Below, piece after piece: positions 36,732 through 45,386 of a stretch of DNA of 64,000 nt. Under the pieces are notes generated by a model. The model had not been told where the DNA came from. It saw only the letters and a list, made by a program, of their open reading frames with translations, and ran no database searches. Made by a program: the position numbers and the translations under genes. Positions within the stretch are counted from its first letter, which is position 1, and the number at the start of each line of letters is the position of its first letter. This DNA comes from a virus. The stretch covers positions 25,427-89,426 of the IMG/VR virus record IMGVR_UViG_3300012964_000002. The stretch is one strand, 5' to 3'.

Positions 36732-37192
36732 AGGCGTTCGCCGAGCAGGGCAAGAAGGGCAAGAAGGGCAAGCGCCCGGACGAGGAGGACGAGCGCGAGG
36801 AGGACGAGGACGACGAGGAGCGTGAGGAGCGCGACGAGAAGGGCGAGGACGAGGGCGGCGGGGAGGACGGCGCGGAGGAGGACGAGACCGACGACGAGGA
36901 CGAGGAGGAGGACGAGGACGACGCGGCCGTCGCGAAGTTCGTCCACGAGGAGGGGAAGCGGGTCAACGACGGGAAGCACGACGGTCAGCTCAAGAAGCTG
37001 ATGGCCGGGTTCGACCCCGAGGAGAACCCGCCCGCCTGGGTCGGCGACGAGGCGAAGTGGGATCGCGCGAAGGAGGCGGTCGACCCCGAGGGCGACGGCG
37101 AGGAGAAGTACGACGACCCCTGGGCCGTCGTCGCGCACGTCTACAAGCGGATGGGCGGGAAGATCAAGGGCGGCGGGAAGGGGAAGGGGTAG
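36704..37192 (+). CDS. Highly acidic protein with ChaB-like C-terminal region
   Basis: Long D/E tract; KWDRAKEAV...WAVVAHVYKRMGG. Confidence 0.65.
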   Translation: MSRIPPKKLKAFAEQGKKGKKGKRPDEEDEREEDEDDEEREERDEKGEDEGGGEDGAEEDETDDEDEEEDEDDAAVAKFVHEEGKRVNDGKHDGQLKKLMAGFDPEENPPAWVGDEAKWDRAKEAVDPEGDGEEKYDDPWAVVAHVYKRMGGKIKGGGKGKG

Positions 37193-37195
37193 GTC

Positions 37196-37585
37196 ATGGC
37201 CGGCCGACGCTACGATCCTCCCGGAAGCTCCTTCCGCCCGTTCGGCGGGACCCCGCGGGTGAAGATGCCGGAGTCGGGTCCGCGCATCTACGAGGCGAGG
37301 CAGCAGAGCGCTCGCGCGCAGTCGCGCACGTCGCACGTCTCCGGCGGCATGTTCAAGCCGCCGGGGGAGAGCCATCACCATCCCGACTCGCAGGTCGCGA
37401 GCATGCACGAGGCGAGCACGCACATGGCCGCGTCAGCGAGCCGCGCCGCGCGGGAGGGGTTCCCGAAGCTGGCCAGCGCGATGGCCGCGAAGTCGCGCGA
37501 GTACGGACGCGCGGCCCAGCAGCAGTCCGGTCCCCGTGGTGGCAGGTACGTGCTTCTGCCCGGCGGAGGCAAGAAGTACCTCTGA
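37196..37585 (+). CDS. Basic disordered hypothetical protein
   Basis: Ends GPRGGRY....GKKYL. Confidence 0.6.
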   Translation: MAGRRYDPPGSSFRPFGGTPRVKMPESGPRIYEARQQSARAQSRTSHVSGGMFKPPGESHHHPDSQVASMHEASTHMAASASRAAREGFPKLASAMAAKSREYGRAAQQQSGPRGGRYVLLPGGGKKYL

Positions 37586-37605
37586 CCCCCTCCTCCAGCC
37601 GAATC

Positions 37606-37634
37606 TTGCGCGCGCGCGCGTCTCCGCGTAGTCT
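37606..37634 (+). promoter_or_regulatory. Putative promoter overlapping an RBS-sequestering hairpin
   Basis: TTGCGC-N17-TAGTCT. Confidence 0.5.
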
Positions 37635-37655
37635 TCCCTGGCAGAGAGGCGCGCG

Positions 37656-37895
37656 ATGGCCACCAAGCAGCTCTGGAACACCAGCATCCCCCACGACGAG
37701 CCGGTCCTCATCCGGCCCGGCGTGACGCACCGCGAGGCGGACTTCCACGGCAGCATGAAGCAGATCGCGCTCGAGCCGGAGCACCCGGAGCGCGCGGCCA
37801 AGGGTGACGTCGGGTTCGCCAGCATGAAGCCCTCCGACTACTCGTTCGAGTCCGAGGCGCCGTTCCCCTTCGCCAACCTCAAGAAGCAGCGGTAG
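37656..37895 (+). CDS. Small hydrophilic protein (PF motif)
   Basis: Ends APFPFANLKKQR. Confidence 0.65.
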   Translation: MATKQLWNTSIPHDEPVLIRPGVTHREADFHGSMKQIALEPEHPERAAKGDVGFASMKPSDYSFESEAPFPFANLKKQR

Positions 37896-37904
37896 GAGGA
37901 GCTC

Positions 37905-38129
37905 ATGCACAAGGCCACCCCCGGCGTCCACCGCTCCCTCCGCCAGATCGCGGAGAAGCACGTTCAGCCGTCGAACGTCCAGCCGCTCGAGGGGTACGAC
38001 GTCGCGGCCGGCGTCCCGACCCCCGTCGCCGGTGGCACGTACAGCACCGCGGTCGCCGACCAGGCGCACGCGCGCAACGGCGCCCCCGCCCCCGCCACGA
38101 AGTCGCCGTTCAAGCTCGGAGGGAAGTGA
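37905..38129 (+). CDS. Small hydrophilic protein (PF motif)
   Basis: AGGAGGAG RBS; ends KSPFKLGGK. Confidence 0.65.
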   Translation: MHKATPGVHRSLRQIAEKHVQPSNVQPLEGYDVAAGVPTPVAGGTYSTAVADQAHARNGAPAPATKSPFKLGGK

Positions 38130-38132
38130 GCC

Positions 38133-38306
38133 ATGCCGGACCAGCCCAACTGGAAGGAGCTCGGCCAGAAGGCCGGGCAGGGCCCGCAGAAGGACGTCAC
38201 GCAGGTGTACGACGACAGGTACGGCCGGTACCAGGACCGCGCCGAGCACGAGAAGGGCACGAAGCCGCCCCCGGAGACGATCCCCCACCCCTTCGCCGCG
38301 AAGTAG
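38133..38306 (+). CDS. Small hydrophilic protein, 57 aa (not in the supplied ORF track)
   Basis: MPDQPNWKELG...IPHPFAAK, GGAGGG RBS. Confidence 0.6.
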   Translation: MPDQPNWKELGQKAGQGPQKDVTQVYDDRYGRYQDRAEHEKGTKPPPETIPHPFAAK

Positions 38307-38334
38307 GCGAGCGAAGAGATCGAGGAGAAGCAAG

Positions 38335-38547
38335 ATGAGCACGAAGAACAGCGAGCTCGCCTCCGGCGTCGGCGAGGGCAGCACCCCGGACGTCGTGACC
38401 AAGTACGACCGCGAGAACGGCTCGTACAAGGACGAGGTCGTGGCGATCCCGGAGGAGCAGCGGCTCCCGACGGTGAACATGCCGAAGGCGCCGGACCCCT
38501 CGCCCTTCACCCTCGGCTCGATGACCCCGGGCGGCCGCTCCGAGTAG
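38335..38547 (+). CDS. Small hydrophilic protein (PF motif)
   Basis: GAGGAG RBS; DPSPFTLG. Confidence 0.65.
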   Translation: MSTKNSELASGVGEGSTPDVVTKYDRENGSYKDEVVAIPEEQRLPTVNMPKAPDPSPFTLGSMTPGGRSE

Positions 38548-38550
38548 CGC

Positions 38551-38931
38551 GTGAGCGACGCGTTCACGCTTCAGGGGTCGTATGCCGTCACCCCGCTCAC
38601 GCCGCCGGCGAGCGGGGACTTCGACGTCATCGCCTCGATCGACGAGCGCGTCGTGCTCCGGCACAAGCACGCCGACTCCATCGACCTCTCCGCCGACCCG
38701 GCGCAGCCGGTCAACTTCGGCGGCGTGGTGGGCGCGCACGTCGTCGTGCTCAAGTCGCTCGGCGGGAAGGTCGACGCCATCGTCACCACCGCGGACGGGG
38801 CGGCGCAGATCATCCCGTTCGAGACGTTCCTCGTGCTCATCAACCAGACCGTGCCGGTCACCGCCCTCAGCCTCCAGCGGGTCGTCGCGACCCTCACCAC
38901 CGTGAAGGTGTTCCTCGGCGAGCGGGCGTAG
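38551..38931 (+). CDS. Putative virion structural protein
   Basis: Beta-rich; located in head module. Confidence 0.55.
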   Translation: MSDAFTLQGSYAVTPLTPPASGDFDVIASIDERVVLRHKHADSIDLSADPAQPVNFGGVVGAHVVVLKSLGGKVDAIVTTADGAAQIIPFETFLVLINQTVPVTALSLQRVVATLTTVKVFLGERA

Positions 38932-38967
38932 GCCCCGTCGCCCACCCACCGCAGAAGGAGAGAAAAG

Positions 38968-39447
38968 ATGCCCGTCACCGCCACGAAGAACGACACGCTC
39001 CAGCAGGCGCTCGACCGCGCCTCGCCGGACCAGCTCGCCGACGCCCTCCGCAGGATCGCCCTGGCCAAGGTGCTCGACCCGGTGAAGGTGACGTTCGTCG
39101 GCCTCGCGTCCGCGGCCGCGCAGAACATCACCACGGCCGCCGCGCGCGCCGCCGCGACCATCAACCAGGGCCTCAAGAGCCTGGGCGCGACCGACCTGCT
39201 CCCGGCCATCCTGGAGGTCGGCACGCTCCGCGTCACGGCGGGCACGCTCGCCGCTGGCCCCGCCATCGTGACGGACTCCGGCGGCACCCCGACCGCCATC
39301 GGCGCGGGCACCGCGCACGTCGCGACGCTCTCGGACGACGGGACGACGCTCACCTTCCAGGCCGCGGTCACCGCCTTCGTGCTCGAGTACGTCCCGAGGT
39401 CGAGCACCGACTTCGCGACGCTGTTCGCGCCGAACCCGAAGGCGTAG
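38968..39447 (+). CDS. Putative head decoration protein
   Basis: AAGGAG RBS; Ala/Thr rich; upstream of scaffold and capsid. Confidence 0.5.
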   Translation: MPVTATKNDTLQQALDRASPDQLADALRRIALAKVLDPVKVTFVGLASAAAQNITTAAARAAATINQGLKSLGATDLLPAILEVGTLRVTAGTLAAGPAIVTDSGGTPTAIGAGTAHVATLSDDGTTLTFQAAVTAFVLEYVPRSSTDFATLFAPNPKA

Positions 39448-39559
39448 GCAGTTCCACGTAGCCGGGGGCGGAGACCTCGCCCCCGGCGAATCGAAAGTGC
39501 ATCCTCGTCGTGCACGCGCACGGCGGCGGTGAACAGCCGGGAAACCGGACGAGGCGCAC

Positions 39560-40447
39560 ATGACTCCCGAGGAGCAGAAGACGCAGGCGGAGGCCGAGGC
39601 CAAGAAGGCGGCCGAGGCGAAGGCGGCGGCGGAGAAGGCGGAGGCCGCGAAGGCGGCCGCGGCCGGCGCGACCCCGAACAGCGACGGGACGGTGACCCTG
39701 GCGGACGGCAAGGTCCAGGTGCTCTCCCCCGGCGCCTACAAGCGCATCAAGGAGGACGCGGCGAAGCGCGGCGCGGCCCGCGAGCGCGCGGCGCTCGAGG
39801 AGCAGGCCAAGGCGGCGGGCTTCGCCTCCCTCGATGACGCTCTCCGGCAGCTCCGCGACGGGCACCGGCGGGAGCCCCGCCGCGAGGAGCGGCCGGCCGG
39901 CGCGGCGGCGAGCGCTCGTCCCAACGGCGAGCAGCCCCCGACGCCGCCGGAGCGCCCGACGCACGGCGCCGGGCGGAAGGCGTGGGAGCGCTACGAGCGC
40001 GCGCGGAAGCAGTTCGATCACGATGTCCAGGCGTACCGGGAGCGCACGAACCGCGCGACCGCCCGCGCCCGCGACCTCGAGAAGCGGCTGGAGGCGCAGG
40101 AGGCGGAGCAGGCCCTGCGCGAGAAGGCGATCATGTCGGGCGTCACCGACGTCGACTACGCCATCGCGCTCCTCAAGCGCGACCTCTCCGGGAAGACGGA
40201 GGAGGAGCTCGGCAAGTTCGACGAGGCCAAGTGGTTCGAGGCGCTGCGCGCCTCCAAGCCGTACCTGTTCGGCGTGAAGGAGGTTCCCGCGAACACGGGC
40301 ACCGCCGGCACGACGCCGGCCCCCGCCACGCCGGGGCAGATCGCCGCCGCGGCCGCGCGAGACGGGCAGTTCGACGGGCGGAAGGTGTCGAAGCAGGAGT
40401 TCAACGACAGGCTGCAGAAGATGGGCATCAGCTCGCCGACGGTGTAG
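39560..40447 (+). CDS. Capsid scaffolding protein
   Basis: Charged coiled coil with KPYLF near the C-terminus; directly before MCP. Confidence 0.75.
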   Translation: MTPEEQKTQAEAEAKKAAEAKAAAEKAEAAKAAAAGATPNSDGTVTLADGKVQVLSPGAYKRIKEDAAKRGAARERAALEEQAKAAGFASLDDALRQLRDGHRREPRREERPAGAAASARPNGEQPPTPPERPTHGAGRKAWERYERARKQFDHDVQAYRERTNRATARARDLEKRLEAQEAEQALREKAIMSGVTDVDYAIALLKRDLSGKTEEELGKFDEAKWFEALRASKPYLFGVKEVPANTGTAGTTPAPATPGQIAAAAARDGQFDGRKVSKQEFNDRLQKMGISSPTV

Positions 40448-40503
40448 CCGGCGCGCGGCGTCGCTCGCCTCCTTGCGGCCGAGGCAAGAAGCATCGAGGT
40501 TTG

Positions 40504-40533
40504 TTGACAGGTCAGAGCCGCAGGACGTAACCT
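40504..40533 (+). promoter_or_regulatory. Putative capsid-gene promoter
   Basis: TTGACA-N18-TAACCT. Confidence 0.65.
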
Positions 40534-40575
40534 CGCGCCAGCTCGATCAGGCGCCACCCAAGAAGGAGACGAGCG

Positions 40576-41967
40576 ATGCCGGACTTCTCTACCATCCTCC
40601 AGGCCCCGGAGATCCGGGCCATCGTCCAGGAGAACCTCCTCGAGCGCGCGTTCCACGACGCGCTGTTCCCCCGGCTCCTCTTCCGCGGAGAGGCGACGCC
40701 GCAGGTCTGGCCGGCCAGCGTCGGCGACACGATGGTCTTCTCGGGCGTGGGGCTCATCAAGCCGAAGATGGCCGCCCTCCCGCCCGGCGTCGACCCCCTG
40801 CCCTCGTCCTACCAGAGCGAGCAGTGGACCGCGCAGCTCCAGCAGTACGCGGACACGATCGACACGCACATGCCGACGAGCATCGTGGCGATCGCCAACC
40901 TGTTCCTCCGGAACGCGCACCAGCTCGGCCTCTCCGCCGGGCAGGCGCTGAACCGCGTCGTGCGCGACCGCCTCTACAACATCGGCGCGAGCGGCAACAC
41001 CGTCACGACCGCGGCGGCCGTCGCGCCGACCAACCTGGTTCCGGTGGCCCGTCTCGGCGGGTTCACCCGCGCGCGCAACCCGCTGCTCGCCGGCGGCTCG
41101 CCGGTGCGCTTCGACGCCGTCTCCGCCGCGAACCCGCTCGCCGCGACCGTCGGAGGCGTGGCCGTCTCCATCGTCGGCTTCGCGGCCGCGACGCCCGGCG
41201 ACGAGGTCGGTCCCGGCACGCTCACGCTCGCCGCGAACATCGCCGCGTTCGCGCTCCGCGCCGCGGTCGTGGCGACCGACGCCAGCGTGATCCAGCGGGT
41301 CGGGGGCGGCACCACCATCGACGCGCTCGTGGCGGCGAACATCCTCACGCTCGCCGACATGCGCTCCGCCGTGGCCCGCTTCCGCCAGCAGAACGTCCCC
41401 GAGCAGCCGGACGGACAGTTCCACTGCCACCTCAGCCCCCGGGCCGAGGGCGAGCTGTTCGCCGACAACGAGTTCCAGCGGCTGCTCACTGCCCTGCCCG
41501 ACTACTACATGTACAAGCAGTTCGCGATCGGGCAGCTCCTCGGCATCGCGTTCTTCCGGAACAGCGAGGCGCCCATCGCCCAGACCGTGTCGGGCGGCGC
41601 GACGGCGAGCTACGACCCGGCGGACCCGCTCGGCCTCGAGCTGTTCGTCGGCGGCACGACCGCCGGGCTCGCCGTGGAGCACTCGCTCCTCGTGGGCCAG
41701 GGCGCGATCTACGAGTACCACCAGGACCTCTCGCAGCTCATCACCGAGGCCGGCGTGACCGGCCGCGTGGGCGAGCCCCGGATCACGAACAACGGCATCG
41801 AGGTCTTCACGGACCGGATCCAGCTCATCATCCGCTCGCCGCTGAACCGGCTCCAGGATCTCGTCGCGACGTCCTGGCGGTTCATCGGCGACTGGCCGGC
41901 CCGCACGGACGCCACCGTCGGCGACGCCGCCCGCTACAAGCGCGTGGTCGTCATCGAGCACGCGTAG
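40576..41967 (+). CDS. Major capsid protein
   Basis: 463 aa after scaffold; VGDTMVF, LGLSAGQALNRVVRD long helix; strongest codon bias. Confidence 0.85.
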   Translation: MPDFSTILQAPEIRAIVQENLLERAFHDALFPRLLFRGEATPQVWPASVGDTMVFSGVGLIKPKMAALPPGVDPLPSSYQSEQWTAQLQQYADTIDTHMPTSIVAIANLFLRNAHQLGLSAGQALNRVVRDRLYNIGASGNTVTTAAAVAPTNLVPVARLGGFTRARNPLLAGGSPVRFDAVSAANPLAATVGGVAVSIVGFAAATPGDEVGPGTLTLAANIAAFALRAAVVATDASVIQRVGGGTTIDALVAANILTLADMRSAVARFRQQNVPEQPDGQFHCHLSPRAEGELFADNEFQRLLTALPDYYMYKQFAIGQLLGIAFFRNSEAPIAQTVSGGATASYDPADPLGLELFVGGTTAGLAVEHSLLVGQGAIYEYHQDLSQLITEAGVTGRVGEPRITNNGIEVFTDRIQLIIRSPLNRLQDLVATSWRFIGDWPARTDATVGDAARYKRVVVIEHA

Positions 41968-42489
41968 GAGCGCGCACCCGGTGGGGGACCTCCTCCACAC
42001 CTCGGGGCGGTCGGTCGGCGAGGCCGGCCGCCCCATCACTTTGCCCGCCTCGCGCGGGCATCGCGCCGACCTCGCGTCGGCACCAGGGATGTGCGCTCGA
42101 CAGAGCGTCACCAGCCAGGCTGACACCGAGGCTGGACATCCCGCCGGCTCTTGCGACTCTCCCGAGTCGCGTGTCAGGGAGCCGCGTCATGCACGGGCCT
42201 CGTGCCCGTCGAACGGCACCAGCGCAAACCCCGGCTTCGCGCCGCGGAACCGCGCCTGCCGAAACAATGGTGGCCCCGCCTTTCGGCGCTTCGGCGCCAA
42301 CCCCGGCGGAGACATCTCGGACGCTCCGAGCCTTCGTGCTCACCCCCCGCGTCCTCGTAGGGCTCGTCGCACCGTCATCGCGCTCACCCCACGGCGGGGG
42401 CTTCCGCCGGTCAACCGCGCGAAGATCGCGACGAGCCCTGCCACCGCTTTCTGAACCTCGAGAACCGAAGCCCAGGACGGAGACGGAAG
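41968..42489 (+). ncRNA. Candidate large structured non-coding RNA
   Basis: More than 10 nested helices, G-U pairs, a UUCG tetraloop and a 7-bp pseudoknot; no credible CDS. Confidence 0.6.
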
Positions 42490-42894
42490 ATGGCGGCCCC
42501 GGCGAGCAGCGGAAAGAAGCGCGGGTGGGACCCTGTGGCGGCCGCCGGCATCCCCGGCGAGCCTCTGGACGTGACCCCCTCGAAGCCGGAGGCGGATCCG
42601 GTGAACCCTTCCATCCACGACCCCACGCCCCCTCCTCCGCCCCCGAACCCGGAGAGCAGCGCGACCGTGGAGAGGCTGCAGCGCGCCATCGAGGCGGCGA
42701 AGCGCGAGCCCGCGCTCGTCCCCCCTCCGCCGACGCCCCCGCCCCCGGTCGGCCCGGCGTTCCGCGTCCGGGAGACCCGCGTCGTCAACCTGCGCGGAAG
42801 CCTCACGACGCTCGCGCGCGGCAGCATCGTGCGCGCGGTCTCGCACGACCTCGCCTCGATCCGGGAGCAGGGCGTGCCGCTCGACCCGGTGTAG
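42490..42894 (+). CDS. Pro-rich head-associated hypothetical protein
   Basis: Follows MCP; small globular C-terminal domain. Confidence 0.6.
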   Translation: MAAPASSGKKRGWDPVAAAGIPGEPLDVTPSKPEADPVNPSIHDPTPPPPPPNPESSATVERLQRAIEAAKREPALVPPPPTPPPPVGPAFRVRETRVVNLRGSLTTLARGSIVRAVSHDLASIREQGVPLDPV

Positions 42895-42930
42895 GATCGG
42901 CCGGGAGCTCGACGTGGACGGAGGACGCTG

Positions 42931-43338
42931 GTGGCGCTCAACGATTCTGAGAAGGAGCGGGTGAGGTATCACCTCGGCTACATCGAGGTGCAGCCCGCGG
43001 CGTCCATCCAGCTCGGCATCCCCCGCCCGATCCAGACCGTCTTCCTCGTCGAGCAGGCGATGAACAACGTCATCGGCGCCGCCGAGGACCGCGTCCGCCG
43101 CATCCTCGGCGTGATGGACGGCATCGAGGACCAGCTCGTCGACGCGCAGCCGCGTCTCGCCGCCGAGAAGCTGGACGAGCTCACCATCCGGAAGGACGAG
43201 ACGGACGCGCTCGACAGGGAGTACGTGCGATGGGGCTCGCGCCTCGCCGACATCCTGGGCGTGCCGATCTACCCGTACAGCGCGCGCTACCGCAACGTGA
43301 TGGGCAGCGGAGCGGGCTCCATCCCGGTGAGGGGGTAG
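42931..43338 (+). CDS. Head-tail adaptor-like protein
   Basis: MALNDSEKERVRYHLGY; position. Confidence 0.65.
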   Translation: MALNDSEKERVRYHLGYIEVQPAASIQLGIPRPIQTVFLVEQAMNNVIGAAEDRVRRILGVMDGIEDQLVDAQPRLAAEKLDELTIRKDETDALDREYVRWGSRLADILGVPIYPYSARYRNVMGSGAGSIPVRG

Positions 43339-43341
43339 CTC

Positions 43342-43884
43342 GTGCCCTTCCCGGTCCGCCCTCGCCGCTTCACCGACCTCTCCGGGCTCGACCTCTCGAG
43401 GACGCTGGCGCGCCGCCTCGTGCCCGTGGCCGACATGCTGCGCGATCTCCGCACGAAGTTCGGCATGCGGCCGTACGAGGTTCACGTCATCCGCTCCGCG
43501 TGGACGGGCGGAGAGCGCGGCGTGGGGGTCGAGCAGGTGACCTCGGACGTGGTCATCCTCCCGACGCCGCGCATCGTCGACCTGACCTCGCTCACGGAGA
43601 TCGTGCAGCCCGTCGGCCTGGACGAGGTCGGGCAGGTCACGCTCGACGAGGTCTCCGGAAGGTTCACCGAGGATCAGCTCCTCGGGAGGCACGACGACGG
43701 GTCGCCGCTCCGTCCCGACGAGACGGTGTTCTACGAGGTGCTGTTCCCGCTCCCGGACGGGCGCGCCGGCAACGTCGAGCGACGCCGATTCTACCCGACG
43801 AGCGCGCCGCACTACGCCGCCGGGAAGTTCGAGTGGGTGGTCCGCCTGGAGCGCCAGCGGCCCGACGCCGGGAGGGGCTTCTGA
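43342..43884 (+). CDS. Head closure / neck protein
   Basis: Position; beta-rich. Confidence 0.55.
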   Translation: MPFPVRPRRFTDLSGLDLSRTLARRLVPVADMLRDLRTKFGMRPYEVHVIRSAWTGGERGVGVEQVTSDVVILPTPRIVDLTSLTEIVQPVGLDEVGQVTLDEVSGRFTEDQLLGRHDDGSPLRPDETVFYEVLFPLPDGRAGNVERRRFYPTSAPHYAAGKFEWVVRLERQRPDAGRGF

Positions 43885-44402
43885 TGGAGCGCACGATCGT
43901 CATCGACGCGCGCGACTACGAGGCGTGGCTGCTCAAGCTGGCGCAGGAGAAGATCCCGGAGGCCATGGAGCGCGGCGCCGTCTCCGGTGCCGCTCGCTGC
44001 ATTCCGCTGCTCCACACGGCCACGGACACCGCCCCGCCGGCCAACCCCTCCGGGAAGGGCAGCGGCGGCGCCTTCAGCTCGGGGAAGTACAAGTCGATGT
44101 GGCGCTCCCGCCCGATCCGCGGCGGAGCTCAGGTCTTCAACGACGCGTCCTACGCCGCCGTGATCGAGGAGGGGCGCCGCCCGGGCGCGAAGGGGCCGCC
44201 GTTCACCCCCGACGTCATCGCGGGCTGGGCGCAGCGTCGCCTGGGGCTGTCGGCCAAGGAGGCCAAGAACGCCGCGTTCGCCATCCGACGCGCCATCAAG
44301 GTGCGCGGCCTTCGCGCCCGCAAGGTGCTCACGACCTCCATCCCGAAGATGACCGACGTCGTGCTCGAGGAGATCGTGCGCGAGCTGGAGCGTGCCTGGT
44401 GA
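43884..44402 (+). CDS. HK97 gp10-like neck/tail component
   Basis: YAAVIEEGRRPG...PP...I..W...AFAIRRAIKVRG. Confidence 0.7.
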   Translation: MERTIVIDARDYEAWLLKLAQEKIPEAMERGAVSGAARCIPLLHTATDTAPPANPSGKGSGGAFSSGKYKSMWRSRPIRGGAQVFNDASYAAVIEEGRRPGAKGPPFTPDVIAGWAQRRLGLSAKEAKNAAFAIRRAIKVRGLRARKVLTTSIPKMTDVVLEEIVRELERAW

Positions 44403-45130
44403 CGATGACGGATCCCCGCCTTCCGGACCCGCCTCCGCCGCTCCCGCCGCCCGGAGGAACGCGCCTCGTGACGGACTCCGGGACGGCCCCGACGCTCTCC
44501 CTGCGCCAGGACTCGGACGCGCGGACCGCCGTCTGCCGCGGACTCGCGGAGTACATCGAGCAGCTCGAGTGGACGATGCCGGGCGGGCGGCTCCTCCGCT
44601 TCGCCAAGGTCTTCGACACCTGGGCGGGCGCGGAGGATCAGGCCAAGTACCCCTCCGCCATCGTCGAGGCGGCGCCCGACGGCGAGTACGACGGGGCGCG
44701 CTTCACGCCGGCGGCGGACGACGCGGACGTCGAGGGGTCCTCCCTCGTGCAGACCTGCGAGCTCAAGACGGAGCTCAGGGTCGGGGTCTGGGCGACCGAC
44801 CGCAAGGAGCGCAGCGGCCTCGTCGCCATGCTGGAGGCGCGCCTCATCGCGCCCACGACGTGGATGTACGGGACGATGCTCGAGCTGCCCCACTACTTCG
44901 GCGTGCGCGCCTCGTACGAGCCGACCGGCGTCTCCTTCGACGACACCTCCGAGAGCGCGCTGCGCCGCTACCGCGTCGCGACGATGCGCGTGCGCGCCGC
45001 CATGCCGATGGTCGTGGTCGCCAAGATTCCGCGTCTCGCGGTCGGGCAGCCGAAGCTCGACCTTCGGGAGATCGGCGAGAGAACGGAGTTCGCGCCGACG
45101 GACATGGCGTTCTCGGCGGGGAGGATGTAG
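44399..45130 (+). CDS. Tail terminator-like protein
   Basis: KYPSAIV; position before sheath. Confidence 0.55.
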   Translation: MTMTDPRLPDPPPPLPPPGGTRLVTDSGTAPTLSLRQDSDARTAVCRGLAEYIEQLEWTMPGGRLLRFAKVFDTWAGAEDQAKYPSAIVEAAPDGEYDGARFTPAADDADVEGSSLVQTCELKTELRVGVWATDRKERSGLVAMLEARLIAPTTWMYGTMLELPHYFGVRASYEPTGVSFDDTSESALRRYRVATMRVRAAMPMVVVAKIPRLAVGQPKLDLREIGERTEFAPTDMAFSAGRM

Positions 45131-45132
45131 CC

Positions 45133-45372
45133 GTGCCGGTGCGAACGCTCAACGAGGTTCCCGGCGCCGCCGCGGGGCAGACCATCGAGGGGGTCTCCCT
45201 GATCGACGCGATGGGGTTCGGCGTGGGTGCCCCCTCGACGTGCCAGCTCCCGGCGCCGCCCGTGGTCGACGCGGCCGGTCGCCCCGTCCCCACCGCGCCG
45301 TCCGGCAGCTTCGTGCTGGACAACCTGCTCGTGCCCGTCACGGACAACGGCATGACGGTGGTGACCGTCTAG
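45133..45372 (+). CDS. Small hypothetical protein
   Basis: GGGAGG RBS; fills the gap between genes. Confidence 0.5.
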   Translation: MPVRTLNEVPGAAAGQTIEGVSLIDAMGFGVGAPSTCQLPAPPVVDAAGRPVPTAPSGSFVLDNLLVPVTDNGMTVVTV

Positions 45373-45386
45373 GAAGGGTGGCACGC

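Noticed and set aside
36770-36925. GAG/GAC low-complexity tract
   Set aside because: It simply encodes the Asp/Glu-rich segment of the 36704 protein.
41981-42454. 157-aa ORF after the capsid gene
   Set aside because: Lacks the genome's codon bias and has no recognisable motif; the region is better explained as structured RNA.
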